DNA from: Octopus vulgaris
Taxonomy: Eukaryota
Direction: 5' to 3'
DNA length: 64,000 nt
Assembly: GCA_951406725.2 (NCBI GenBank)
Contig: OX597830.1
Location: forward strand, 20,026,001-20,090,000
Position 1 is the first letter of the stretch. Every line of letters begins with the position of its first letter. Positions 1 to 13,230 of this stretch are shown in pieces. Under the pieces are notes generated by a model that saw only the letters and a program-made list of their open reading frames with translations, made no database searches and was not told the DNA's origin. The translations under genes were made by a program, and so were the position numbers.

Positions 1-321
1 TGGTGTGTGTATCTGTATGTGTATATATGTCTGTATGTGTATGCGTGTGTATGTGAGTGTTTGAGTGTGGCTGTGCCAGTGCAATATTCGCCATTTTCTT
101 GCTATATACATAATATATTTCCTATTTATTGGTGTGCCTATTTTTGTTGATATCTTTCTTCGTCTTTTACGTTGCCCTTCTCAGTATGCGCAAGTGTATA
201 CAAACACGCACTTTATATATATACATACATATACATATACACACACACATATATATATATATATACATACACACAAATATATACATTTATATTCACACAC
301 ACACACACATGCATACGCACT

Positions 322-365
<44 letters not shown>

Positions 366-607
366 CATTTATAGAGAAATACATACATATTTACATGAAC
401 ACATACACAAACATGCATACATATATACGTACGTACATACACACATATAAATATAGATACACATATATTTGCATACACACACCCATATATACTGATATGC
501 ATATATTATAAATAATATATATCAGCATATCAACTAAAATATACTCACACACAAACATATATGGAAACATATATATATATATATAAATGTATATATATGT
601 ATGTATA

Positions 608-659
<52 letters not shown>

Positions 660-814
660 CACACACTCACACACACATATATATATACATATATATATCA
701 ACAATAACATATAAATGCTATGATCAAAGTGAATGTGAAGAAACATCTTCTTTTGCACAATCTCTGCGATAAACATGGCCCATTTTCTTGTAGAATCTTT
801 GTCAGAAATCTCAC

Positions 815-970
815 TTTGATGTTTGCGATGCTGCGATATCGATGCTGCTGTGATACAGCTGCTGCTGCTGCTGCTGCTGCTGCTTGTGGTGCTGGTGCTG
901 GTGCTGCTGGTGTTGGTGATGTAGATGCTGCTGCTGCCACTGAAGTAGGTGCTGCTTTCTTATTGCTCAT
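815..970 (-). CDS. Probable first coding exon of a host gene (exon ~1005-815; 52 codons [52 protein letters not shown]); the gene would continue beyond the left window edge
   Basis: Minus strand: acceptor TCTTACGTTCAG ending at 1006, in-frame TGA at 982-980 upstream of ATG 970 (GCTATG context), and phase-0 donor AAA|GTGAGA at 814. It is a complex-sequence island between microsatellites. Product not identified. Confidence 0.6.
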
Positions 971-1034
971 AGCCTTCGTTCAAGATGTGGTTGGAAACAA
1001 ACTATCTGAACGTAAGATCGAAATATATACAGTG

Positions 1035-1106
<72 letters not shown>

Positions 1107-1131
1107 GCAAATATATATACATATATGTGTT

Positions 1132-1178
<47 letters not shown>

Positions 1179-1188
1179 GTATGAGTGC

Positions 1189-1269
<81 letters not shown>

Positions 1270-1367
1270 TGAGTGTGTGTGTGTGTGTGTATTTACAGAT
1301 AGGTATACTATAAAAACGAGATGAAATACAATATTAAAATTCATGAAATAATAACAATAATAAAGAC

Positions 1368-1444
<77 letters not shown>

Positions 1445-1699
1445 AGAGAATATCAACTAAAAGTTCTAGATACATAAATGAATATGATGGAAGCATCAAA
1501 CTTGAAATAATAAATAAACACACAAATATAGCATGAATATTCATATAATAAAAAGTTTTATGATGTTGATGATGATGATGTTGATGATTATGATGATGAT
1601 GATGATCATAATAATAACAACAGCATTATCATCATCATTACAGTCCCCACCACCACCACCACCACCACCACCACCACCACCGCCACCACCACCACCAAG

Positions 1700-2135
1700 C
1701 ACAATGCCTGAAATTTTGGGTGAGAGGATATAGTCGATTACATTGAACCCCAGTGCTCCACTGGTATTTACTTCATCGACCCCCGAAAGGATGAAAGGCA
1801 AAGTCGACCTCGGCAGAATTTTAACTCAGTACATAAAGACGGACAAAAATGCCGCTGAGCTTTTAGTCCGGCGGGCAAACGATTCCGCCTGCTCGCTGTC
1901 TTAATAAAAACAACAATAATCATTTCTACTCAAAGCACAAATCCTGAAATTGTAGGGGAAGGGGTTTAGTCGATTACATCAACCCCAGTGTTTCACTGGT
2001 ACTTAATTTATCGACTCCAAAAAGATGTAAGGTAAAGTCCACATCAGCGGAATTTGAACTCAGAACGTGGAGACGGTCGAAATGCTGCTAAGCATTTTGT
2101 CTGGTGGGCTAACGATTCTGCCATCTCATTGCCTT
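1700..2135 (-). mobile_element. Two tandem copies of tRNA-derived SINE family A
   Basis: Reverse complement of the GAGTTCAAATTCCGCCGAGGTCGACTTTGCCTTTCATCCTTTCGGGGTCGAT block, which recurs throughout the window. Confidence 0.8.
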
Positions 2136-2150
2136 AATAATAATAATAAC

Positions 2151-2251
<101 letters not shown>

Positions 2252-2271
2252 TACTAATAATAATAATAATA

Positions 2272-2565
2272 GATCAAGAAGGGAACCGAAAATTATATGA
2301 GAATGATCCCTGGCTTACCATCCCTGCAAGAAGTGCAAAAGATTGTCTTAAATGGTACATCACACGTATTGAGAAGAGCATTGTCGATGTGAGAACTGTT
2401 GCTGCTCATGTATTCTAATTTAACTTAAAAAAAAAATTTTTTAAATGAACGAACTATTGAGTTTGGTTTAATGGCCTACCAATGTATACTTTGAGTTTCT
2501 TTGCCCTAGGAGTCGGGAAGACACTCGGCAAGAAATGGAAACAAATTTGAAAGAAGGAAAAAAAA
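2272..2565 (+). mobile_element. 5'-truncated R4/Dong-like (restriction-like endonuclease, RLE) LINE 3' end in an (AAT)n tract
   Basis: Translates IKKGTENYMRMIPGLPSLQEVQKIVLNGTSHVLRRALSM* (stop 2390-2392) followed by a 3' UTR; (AAT)n on both sides. Confidence 0.75.
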
Positions 2566-2602
<37 letters not shown>

Positions 2603-2624
2603 TAATATTAATAATAATAATAAT

Positions 2625-2831
2625 TTCAAGTTTTTGCCACAAGGGCAGCTTGGGGGAGGGAGTAAGTCGTTTACATCGACTCCAGTGCGTAACTGGTACT
2701 TGTTTAATCGACCCCGAAAGCATGAAAGGCTAAGTTGACTTCGGCGGAATTCGAACTCAGAATGTAGCGACAGACAAAAAACCGCCAGGCATTTCCCCGG
2801 CGAGCTAACGATTCTGCCAGCTCACCACCTT

Positions 2832-2832
<1 letters not shown>
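2625..2832 (-). mobile_element. SINE family A copy
   Basis: Family A core plus head (GGCGAGCTGGCAGAATCGTTAGC-like) on the minus strand. Confidence 0.8.
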
Positions 2833-2902
<70 letters not shown>

Positions 2903-2910
2903 TAATAATG

Positions 2911-2968
<58 letters not shown>

Positions 2969-3026
2969 TAATAATGATAATAATGATAATAATAATAATA
3001 ATAATAAATAAATAATAATAATAATA

Positions 3027-3401
3027 GGCAAGATCAGTAAATATAAAGACTTGCTAATAGAAATTGAAAAAATGTGGCATCTCAAGGCGACTACAGTGCC
3101 AGTGATTGTAGGATCTCTAAGAATGATAAAAAAAAAAAGGTACTGAAACCTATTTGAAAATGATGCCATCCCTTCAGGAATTGCAAAAAATTGTGTTGAC
3201 CTGAACGACTCATGTACTGAGAAGAGCATTATCGCTGTGAAAACAACATCCATTCATGAATTTATTCATTTATTAACTTTATTTTAATACATATTTTACC
3301 TGTGAATTTGCGTGTGTAATCTGGGAATGCATACAATGAGCTTCTTTGCCCTATGTGTACGAAAAACTCTCGGCGAGAAATGGAAGAAAATTTGAAGAAA
3401 G
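3027..3401 (+). mobile_element. Second R4/Dong-like LINE 3' fragment
   Basis: Translates KISKYKDLLIEIEKMWHLKATTVPVIVGSLRMIK (RLE K..KY..L motif); 3' UTR homologous to 2272-2565; flanked by (AAT)n. Confidence 0.8.
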
Positions 3402-3414
3402 AATAATAATAATG

Positions 3415-3496
<82 letters not shown>

Positions 3497-4359
3497 TGAT
3501 GATGATGATGATAATAATAACAGCAATTTCTTATCGAGACAGCATCTCTAGAGGGGTTTGTCTAAAAAGTCTCAAAGGGGCCCTTCTACTCTTAGAGGTG
3601 TAATAATATACGAGGGGTCTAAATATCGTTCCCTTGATGACAATGGCACTCTTCTTATCTGTTCTTCTATATCTTCTGGAGGAGTTACCTCAATCCTATA
3701 AATATTAGCCAAAATGAAGATTAACACGTTTATTTTTTGAACCTTCGGAAGACACACGAGATGTTGAAATATCCTTCATGTCGCCGAAAGGGAACGACAT
3801 GAAGAAACCTTTCAATACTGTACAGCGATGCAAATTAAACAATTTCTTGAGTTGATAGAATTAATAGCCAGCTCTCTATCGGAGAAATCTTATCATCTAA
3901 ATAAAGGGAAACACGTTGTGGAAAAAAATTAAGTCCTGGCTACCAACATGTCTCACAAAATGATGAATTCGTCGCAACAGAAACGCCTGAAGAACGGTGA
4001 AATATCGATAACCTGATAAACAACAAAAGAAAATCGCAGGCGTACATGGAGATAATTGTAACATGGCGACGCTATGAAGATAAGCGACAATTTTATCGTT
4101 AGAGAAAAATAGAATCATTTCTGCACAAAGCTTACTTACATACATACATACAGCAGGTTGTCGAAGCGACAATGTGTAGAAACTAGGAATCCGGCAAACA
4201 TGAACTTTACGGACATAGTCTGTCTCTAAGCAGAACAGTAAAAATATACAAGACTTTCCTAAGGTTTTAGATGTCACAGTATTAGTTACTGTTATCCAAA
4301 CTCCAATGATGGAGCGTTTTTTTTTTTTGCTGGTAATCAACTCCCTCCTTCTAAGATGA

Positions 4360-4615
4360 ATGCTGAGACCTCCTTTGGTCATGACTGACGATGGGATTGC
4401 ATCTAGAAAGTTACCATCCCAGGCACAAGTCCGAGCAAGGTTGTTTATGGAAGACCAGCAGTCGCCCATGCATACCGGCCTCCCCTCTTCATGCCACCAG
4501 TGTTATCCAAGGGAAAGGCAAGGGCCGATACAGCTTGACACCTGTGACGTCACAACTCATTTCTACAGCTGAGTGAACTGGAGCAACGTGAAATAAAGTG
4601 TCTTGCTCAAAAACA
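4360..4615 (-). mobile_element. SINE family D body (CORE-like central block)
   Basis: Reverse complement of TTGAGCAAGACACTTTATTTCACGTTGCTCCAGTTCACTCAGCTGTAGAAATGAG, shared with 13518-13862 and 51835-52160. Confidence 0.7.
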
Positions 4616-5269
4616 CAACTTTGCCCTTCATCCTTTCGGGGTCGATTAAACAAGTACCAGTTACGCACTGGGGTCAGTGTAAACGACTTTCTCCCCTCCC
4701 CGAGCTGCCCTTGTGGCAAAAACAATGATGGCATGAACACATACATACATGCATACATACATGCATACATACATGCATACGTATGTAAATACATACATAC
4801 ATACATACATACTTATATGCATGCATTTATACTCACCAAAACGTAGTCTAAATACCCATCCTCAGTGGTCAGGGTGCACAAAGCCACAAAGCCAATATTG
4901 GAATCGGAACAAATAAAGAAACTTTTACATTTTTCTCCACTTACTAGAAATAGCATAAATCTTTGAGGCATTAATTGAAGGATTGACCATCTTATTATAT
5001 CGTTGACCCTTTAATGGAATCGTTGATAACTTATCGATCCTATCATGTAAATTTCTAAAATATAATTAGAATGTATAATTAATTAAAAAATTCTTCATTT
5101 AAAAACAATAGCATTGCTTAATAAGTATTTTAAAAAGTTTATTGAAAATTCTTAACGAAATTGGTAAAGAATAATAAAAATTCACTGATATTATATTGAT
5201 ATAGTCGGAATATTTTATGTGAAATATGTGTTTGGTAAACACTAGTTACTGCATTGATATTTGGCTGGA

Positions 5270-5385
5270 AATTAGTATGTCGTTCCCTCAGCCGCTCAAT
5301 TGTCTGAATACTGCAGTTCAAGTCATTAGCAATGACCCATGGACGTTGACCAGGATGGAGACATCCGATGGCTTGCTCCGTCTGT
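5270..5385 (-). mobile_element. Short Tc1 transposase 5' fragment
   Basis: Closely matches 8985-9095 of the Tc1 element (TTCAAGTCATTAGCAATGA...CCATGGACGTT). Confidence 0.7.
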
Positions 5386-6220
5386 TTTAGTTTTAAATTA
5401 CCACGGATCTTTCAGATTCAGTTCGCTAATAATTCAGTATTCTTAACGCTCAAAATTGTTTCAGATGTTTCCAGCCCCTTAGGAGGCCTTATTGACGCCC
5501 CCAGAGGTATATGCCGAGCCCTGCATTAAATGACTTAAGAACGAAAATCGTAACAGCCACCACCAACAACAACAACAACAGTAACAACACACAACGTAGC
5601 GGGTAATACAGCCGTTGTCTGTCAGTTAAAATGTCTAGCTCATATGACAACCATGTCACACTCAATATAACAATGAGAAATGAAACAACCAAGACACCAA
5701 AACGAAAACACAACAATTTTGAAACAAACTGCACCAGCCAATGTAGCCAATGGACACTTACACTAACTTAACATTTAAAGATACCTAAATACATCACTCA
5801 CAATCTCTCTATAAGACCTTATGAAACTAAATTGTTCATCAAGTGACCGATATCAACCGTTAAACAAAGCTGCAACACAAGATCTAGTTGTAGCTATATA
5901 AAGTAAAACAGGTCACACCGCAATGAAAGCTTTATGAAATAAATAAATTCATGCATCCATGACCACAGACGACGTTGTACCACTGTATGGATATGATTGA
6001 TGACACACTGTAGATGTAAATACTCACGCAAGCCATTGTAAAAGCATTTTATTTATGAGCAATGCATATGCCATCAACAACTTCATCAATTAAGCTATCA
6101 GGCTGCAAATCCAGCCTTAACCACTTCGATACATTCCTCATCTCCATCACTGGAAAATATTCAAAAGTATACAACACATTCTGCTGTAAAAGCAATACAG
6201 ATAACATAAGAGGAAAATAC

Positions 6221-6657
6221 TACGAAGGTGGGCTGAAAGTTTCATAAGCTGACTATGAAAGAGTGATGCTAGGGCTATTACGTCATGCATTCATTAATTT
6301 CAACTTCTTAATTAATAACTGAATTGTTTCTTTCCAGGTAAACTGACATCTGATTATTTAAAGAAGAGTTCAGAAGTAACTAGTAGCGATTTCTCTTGAA
6401 AATGGGCAAAATTTGGCATCATACTGTAATCAAGTTCTTCCATAAAACGGGTTTAGCCTCCAACGACATTTATGCTGACATAGGAACCAATATAACAGTG
6501 ACGTTGACGTCGTAACTACTGTCGAAGACTTCTTTGACGAATAAGCTGAAAGCTTCTTCACCAATGTAATACAAGCACTGCAATACCGACGGAAGAAGTG
6601 GTCATATTTCATGAGAGTATTTCGGTCAGCCTATGAAGCTTTCAGCCGACTTTCGTA
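6221..6657 (+). mobile_element. Internally deleted mariner (non-autonomous)
   Basis: TIRs TACGAAGGTGGGCTGAAAGTTTCATAAGCTGAC / GTCAGCCTATGAAGCTTTCAGCCGACTTTCGTA with TA ends; same family as 62331-62816. Confidence 0.75.
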
Positions 6658-7049
6658 GCGCTATTTTAAATTCGTACATATTAAACGAGCCACACCAACA
6701 TTTACTGTAACCAAGTTAATTACAACTTTTTAGACATTAGTCTCTGCTTTAAATGACTAGCTCCCACATGGTAGACAATTGTGCTTCATCGTTACAATCT
6801 CACTTCCATATCAATGAACAAAACAGAAGAACTCTTACAGACTTCAAAAGAAAAGTTCGTTGGAATCATTTCAACCAAAAGATACATTAGAGTTTGCTGA
6901 ATTCGACAACAGCAAATTCACCAACGTAGATACTGCATACATTGAAGAAAATATACAGTAAATGCTTTCAAAAAACATAAAATATGATAAACATATTACA
7001 CACACACACACGCACATGCATACACATACATACGCACATGTATATGTAC

Positions 7050-7093
<44 letters not shown>

Positions 7094-7097
<4 letters not shown>

Positions 7098-7423
7098 GAA
7101 ATGAAGAAAATGCTGACAAAATAATTTAAGTAAGGGAGAGTGTATTTAATTAGGTGAAAGTTCTTTTTACCGGTTGCGCATTTGTTATGCTTATCAAAAG
7201 ATATTTTTTTAAGAGAGATAGAGTTCCTTTTCTGATAGATTTTTTTCTCTTATCTGTTTCTCAGATAAGAGAAAAAAATCTATCAGAAAGGAACTCTATC
7301 TCTCTTAAAAAAATATCTTTTGATAAGCATAACAAATGCGCAACCGGTAAAAAGAACTTTCACCTAATTAAATACACTCTCCCTTACTTAAATTATTTTG
7401 TCAGCATTTTCTTTATTTCCTTT
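7094..7423. repeat. Near-perfect palindrome (~163-bp arms, 5-nt spacer) embedded in (TA)n; possible inverted PLE pseudo-LTR
   Basis: 7094-7256 is the reverse complement of 7262-7423 apart from about 2-3 differences. Confidence 0.9.
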
Positions 7424-7463
7424 TTTTATATATCACAACTCGTGTTCCACATCTCCTTTTTTA

Positions 7464-7509
<46 letters not shown>

Positions 7510-7840
7510 GGAATATTATTCCAAACTTACTGGGAAAAATTCAATTTAGAAATACTAAATCAAATTTCACAACATATAATATATATATATATATAAATTT
7601 GTATATACATACCAACATACATACATACATATATACATACATACATACATACATTCATACATACATAAATACATGCATGCATACATACATACATATATAC
7701 ATACTTACATGAATACATACATACATACATGCGTACATACATACATACATACATACATAAATACATACATACATCATACATACATACATACATACATGAA
7801 TACATACATACATACATACATACATACATACATACATACA

Positions 7841-7870
<30 letters not shown>

Positions 7871-7872
<2 letters not shown>

Positions 7873-9268
7873 AACTGAAACACAAACGAAACGCCGCACA
7901 CATACTAGATAGAAACCAGTTTATTAACAGACCGCCATAGCATCGATTGAAGAGTGCTAATTAAGAAAACGTTCTTTTCTAATGATAAAACGTCATTTCC
8001 TGAAACATGTTTGACGTCGCATGGTGTCACGTGATGACGGAGTGTCCTAGATCCAAAGAGATGAACTCAATATCTTGTGTGACCACCGTTAGCGTTGATT
8101 ACCACCAGGCAACTTCTGTACATTGAAAGCGCTAAACGATTGATGAAGGCCAAGGGGGATAGCAGCCCAGACTCTTTTAAAACTTACAGTGAGATGTGCC
8201 GCAGTTGTCGGCCTTGGACGGACGTCATTTAGCCATTTTTGGATTTCGTTCCACAGGTGCTCTGTGGGGCTCAAGTCCGGACTATGGGCAGGACATGGCA
8301 GTGTCTGGATATGGCGCTGCTGGAGGAAGTGTTTTGTAAACCTGGTTGTGTGGACACGGGCGTTGTCGTGTTGGAACACGTGATTCCGATGATGGGCAAA
8401 GTAGGGTACAATACGAGGCCTCAAAACTTGTTCGATGTAGCGAGCAGCAGTTACTCCATTGCCCCGGCTTTTACCGATGTTTTGGAAGACCACCAGTCCA
8501 AGTTTCTGGTTGAGTGCAACCTCACCCCATAACATTATGCTCTGTCCTCCCCATGAATCTCTCTCCACCACACAGTCATCGGTATGACGTCCACCTCTTC
8601 TTCTCCAAACCATAGCTCTACAATCTGCCACAGAAATGCAATATCAATTTTCATTAGAGAAGACCACAGTCCTCCACTGCTGATATCGCCAGTTCTGACG
8701 TTTTTGAGCCCACTGCAAATGGGCCCGTCGATGATGATCTATGAGGATGGGGCCCCCTAGCAGGACTTCGACAAGACAGGTTGAAAGATCTCAGCCGGCG
8801 GCGAACTGTCTCTGCACAAATGGGTCCCTATGTGGTGAGTCCCTATGATCTGCCTAGCTGGTTCCGTTGCTCTCCAGAATCGGTCCTGCAAGTGCTGTCG
8901 GTGCAGGTGGCGATCTTGACATGTCGTTGTAACCCTCGGTCGACCACTGCGTGGACGATCATCCGTGCTATTTGTGGCATTGTATCGTTCTCCCAGCCAC
9001 TCAATTGTCCAAATACTGCTGTTCAAGTCATTAGCAATGAATGACCCATGGACGTTTACCAACATGGAGACGTCCGAGGGCTTGCTCCCTCTGATTTCGT
9101 CTCACTCTTGGCAATCCTTGTGTTTTCAAAAGAGAGTGGTATTGTGAGTCAGTGACATCCCACTGATATTAGATTATCTAGAAATGTGATAAAATCCATT
9201 TGATTTCAATATCGTGTGTGAAACAAATAATCTTTTACAGTGCAACGGTTCTTTTGCAGTTCACTATA
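7871..9268 (-). mobile_element. Tc1-family DNA transposon with a degenerate DD34E transposase
   Basis: DRPRSGRPRVTT (HTH linker), SIMLWG, and FQHDNARVH...SPDLSPTE with 34-residue D-E spacing; frameshifts; degenerate TIRs at ~7871-7899 and ~9240-9268. Confidence 0.9.
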
Positions 9269-9276
9269 TATATATG

Positions 9277-9435
9277 TGACGGGCTTCTTTCAGTTTCCGT
9301 CAACTAAATTCACTCACAAGAGTTTGACCGGCCTGAGACTATAGTAGAAGATACTTACCCAAGGTGCTACGCAGTGAGATTGAACCTGCAATCGTGTAGT
9401 TGAGAAGCAAACTTCTTACCACACATCTACACCTG
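9277..9435 (-). mobile_element. SINE family B head fragment
   Basis: GACGGGCTTCTTTCAGTTTCCGTC...CTATAGTAGAAGA block shared with 21287-21680 and 45787-46198. Confidence 0.7.
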
Positions 9436-9739
9436 CATGGTTACTATAAAAGATTCTTGAGATCTGAGCAAAGCTGCTGCACTTTTAAAAGACAGCGAAT
9501 CTCACTTCCTTGTCCTTCTTTTCAACGTCTTCTGCATCACTCTGAGAAGGGTCATCCTGGTTTTTTAGTGAACTCTGCCTCTCCTCATCCGCTTCAGGTG
9601 TTTTCTGTTGATTTTTCTTTCCTTATTTTTATTAATTTATCTTTTTCCATTTGTATTTCTCCCGCCAGGTTGCTCACTGTAGCCAGCAAATGTTATTTTT
9701 TTTCCTCTTTCACATGACGATGGAATGGTACTATTGGGT

Positions 9740-10152
9740 TGGCGAGCTGGCAGAAACGTTAGCACGCCGGGCGAAATGCGTAGCCGTATTTCGTCGGCCG
9801 TTACGTTCTGAGTTCAAATTCCGCCGAGGTCGACTTTTCCTTTCATCCTTTCGAGGTTGATAAATTAAGTACCAGTTATGCACTGGGGTCGATTTAATCG
9901 ACTTAATCCGTTTGTCTGTCCTTGTTTGTCCTCTCTGTGTTTAGCCCCTTGTGGGTAGTAAAGAAATAGGTATTTCGTCTGCCGCTACGTTCTGAGTTCA
10001 AATTCCGCTGAGGTTGACTTTGCCTTTCATCCTTTCGGGGTCGATAAATCAAGTACCAGTTATGCACTGGGATCGATTTAATCGACTTAATCCGTTTGTC
10101 TGTCCTTGTTTGTCCTCTCTGTGTTTAGCCCTTTGTGGGTAGTAAAGAAATA
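9740..10152 (+). mobile_element. SINE family A with tandemly duplicated 3' part
   Basis: Head GGCGAGCTGGCAGAAACGTTAGCACGCC, B-box-like GAGTTCAAATTCC; the ~183-bp body is repeated twice. Confidence 0.85.
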
Positions 10153-10189
10153 GATACTGGGTTGGAGTGAGGTGTTGTGGGGGTTAGTC

Positions 10190-10900
10190 GGTTCCATTAC
10201 GCTCTGTACTTGATTGGTTCTTCATTTCATCGACTCTGTAAAGGATGAAAGCAAAATCGACCTCGGTGGGACTTGAACTCAGGATGTAAGGACCCGAACG
10301 AATACAGCAAAGAATTTTTCCAATACTCTAATAATTCTGTCAGCTTACGACATTTGTAATAATTCTTTGTGCTCTAGGCACAAGGCCTGAAATTTATGAA
10401 GAGGGGTTTCATCGATTACATCGGCCCAGTACTTGACTGGTATTTATTTCAACGACCCCGAGATGATGAACAGTAAAGTCGACCTCGGTGGAATTTGAAT
10501 TCAGAACGTAAAGCCGGAAGAAATGTCACTAAGCGTTTTGTATGGCATACTAAAAATTCTACCAAACTCGTCACTTTCTTGTAATGATAATAATAATCCT
10601 TTCTACTCTCGGCACAAGGCCTGAAATTTCTAGGGAGGGGGCAAGTTGATTACATCGACCCCAGTGCGTAACTGGTACTTATTTTATTGACCCTGAGAGG
10701 AAGAAAGGCCAGTAATTTCGGGGAGAGTGTAAGTTGATTACATCGGCCTCCGTGCTCTGCTGGTACGTATTTTGTCGACCCCGAAAGGGATGAGAGGCAA
10801 AGTAGACCTCAGTGGAATTTGAACTAAGAACGTAAGACTGGACGAAATGCCGCTAAGCAATTTTCTCGGCGTTCTAACGATTCTGCCAGTTCGCCGCCTA
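10190..10900 (-). mobile_element. Cluster of 3-4 diverged SINE family A copies
   Basis: Repeated TCGACCCCG..AGGATGA..GGCAAAGTCGACCTCGG blocks. Confidence 0.75.
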
Positions 10901-10939
10901 CTTATAATAAACAGCAACCACGACAACGACGACGACAGC

Positions 10940-10975
<36 letters not shown>

Positions 10976-11022
10976 AATGATGATGATGATAAAAGTGATT
11001 ATGAAGATGATAATGGTGATGG

Positions 11023-11078
<56 letters not shown>

Positions 11079-11819
11079 AAGGTGATTGTGATGATGATGC
11101 TGCTGATATGATGATGATGATGATGATGATGACGACGATGATGATGATGATAATGATGATGATGATGATAATGATGATGATGATGATGAGATGATAATGG
11201 TGATGATGATGATAATGATGGTGATGATGAAGATGATATTGATGATGATGATGATGACGATGATGATAATGGTGATGATGATGGTGATGATGATGGTGGT
11301 GATGATGATGATGATAAAAAGTAATTTGCTATAAGCCAAGAGAAGCGACACAACAGAACATACCAGACACAAAACACCTGAATCCTTACAACACAAAGAA
11401 AATAAAAATAAAAAAAAAGAGTAAAAAGAACATTCAGAAATCGAAGAAGCAGAAGAAGATACTCTCAGACACAACGGAAAAATAATACAAGAGAACCCGA
11501 CTACAGCAGCCATTAATGAGAAGTCATTTAATAAAAGGAAGAATATAAAGCAGTCCCTTAACAAGGATGAAGATCACACAAGACCCCCATGGAAACAATC
11601 ATGCGAATTCTCAAACCGACACAAAAATTTGGTGTCGACCTTTATACATAGGAATAAAAGGAATAAAAAGTACAGAGTACAATAGAGTAAGCAGAATCAA
11701 CAATGAGGAAATTTTAATATAAACAATAATGGAAATGGAAGAATTCAATAAAGCTGGATCGACGGAAACACCTTCCCAAGCCACACGAATAAACACAAAC
11801 ATCTATGGCAAATAATAGT

Positions 11820-12201
11820 TCAATACCCGCCCCCCAACCATACTCCGCCCCCCCCCCCCCGCGCCCCGCGCCCCCCTCCCGGTACACACAAGAAAAATTC
11901 TTTCCATTGAAGTACACCGATGTATCAATAGACTTAAAAAAAAGGATTTGATTTTTACTCTGTCGCCATGACAGTAACGAGCGCGTGGTGTGGAGGTGGA
12001 GGTGGTGTGGGGGTGGAGGTGGAGGTGGGGTGTGGGTAGGGGTGGGAGGAATCTAGACTCCTTTCACCTAAACTCACGAATGAAATGTACAACAAAAAAG
12101 AAAATATACAAAAAATAAAATAAAATAAAATAAAAACAAATATAGCCTTACTCAGAGAAATAGAAAAAGGGAAAGCTTTAATATACTAAAAGAAATCAAA
12201 C

Positions 12202-12269
<68 letters not shown>

Positions 12270-12281
12270 TGATGATGATGA

Positions 12282-12315
<34 letters not shown>

Positions 12316-12620
12316 GTTATTATTATTATTATTATTATCATTATTATTATTATTATTTATTCGTATCTATATCAAATGTTTCCATTATTTTTCAAACCAT
12401 CCAAACAACCAGAGGTTTTGGAATCTGGGATTGTTGTTTGAAAATAAATAAATAAATAAATAAAAATAGAAAATTTTTTAAAAAAATAAAATAAAACCGA
12501 GAAAATATTTCGAAAGATTGAAAATAATGTTAGCGCAATTTACGGAAAAAAATTTTTCTGACGGAAGTCGCGATGTGAAAGCTTGTGCTGTGACTTTCCA
12601 ATGAAACATTAAGAAACTGT
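11820..12620. promoter_or_regulatory. Candidate promoter / non-coding first-exon region
   Basis: GC boxes (CCGCCC), C-rich then G-rich tracts, CGCCAT at ~11964, ETS-like ACGGAAGT at 12561-12568 overlapping TCGCGA, and a minus-strand donor GTGAGT at 12077-12072. Confidence 0.35.
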
Positions 12621-13187
12621 AACGTCAAGAGGAAAAGGAAGTGATTCTAGAAGTAAAAATAAGAAAAATTTTAAACATTTTAGCCTTGCATAAATATGTC
12701 GGATTCAAAAAAAACAAAAAAACAAACAAAAAAAAATTAGATAAAAAGAAAGAAACGAAAAGAACGTTTCTTCGACAAACTAGAATTACGTACGAATTTG
12801 AAACGAATTCGGAAACTTTGGCATAGAAACGTCAAGGAAAAATTGACACCTTAAAATTGGAAGGTATACCACCATCATTTATAAAAATATTCATTCATTA
12901 AGGAAAGATGTAGAATACTGCTCCAGCGTGGACGCAATTCAGTGACTGAGAGAAGTAAAGAGTAAAAGAAACATAAAAGTTTAATAAGGACTCACGACAG
13001 ATGAGGAAGATGAAAGAGAAATGCAATATCGCAGCAAATATTACCCAGGATTGGGTGGGTCATTACACCAATAGTAACCACACACACAGGTTCAGTTCCA
13101 TTTCCTCATTGTCAATCAGTATCTAATCAACTAACTAATCGGTCGTTTATTCAATGTGTTGGTTAAACAGTTAGTCAGTTATTTGTT

Positions 13188-13230
13188 AGTCAAAGTTCTT
13201 TCGTCGCTGTTCGCAACCTTTTCAGTGACT
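13188..13230 (-). ncRNA. Hammerhead-ribozyme-like motif with variant core CUGAAAA
   Basis: AGTCA-CTGAAAA-G-GTTGC(GAACA)GCGAC-GAAA-GAAC-TT-TGACT: helices I and II pair, but the canonical G8 is absent. Confidence 0.5.

Noticed and set aside
65-776. ORFs of Y/I/H/T/C/V repeats (and many similar ones throughout the window)
   Set aside because: They are translations of (AT)n, (CA)n and (CATA)n microsatellites, open in several frames on both strands.
10847-11564. Poly-Asp/His/Ser ORFs
   Set aside because: (GAT)n microsatellite; no domain or splice evidence.
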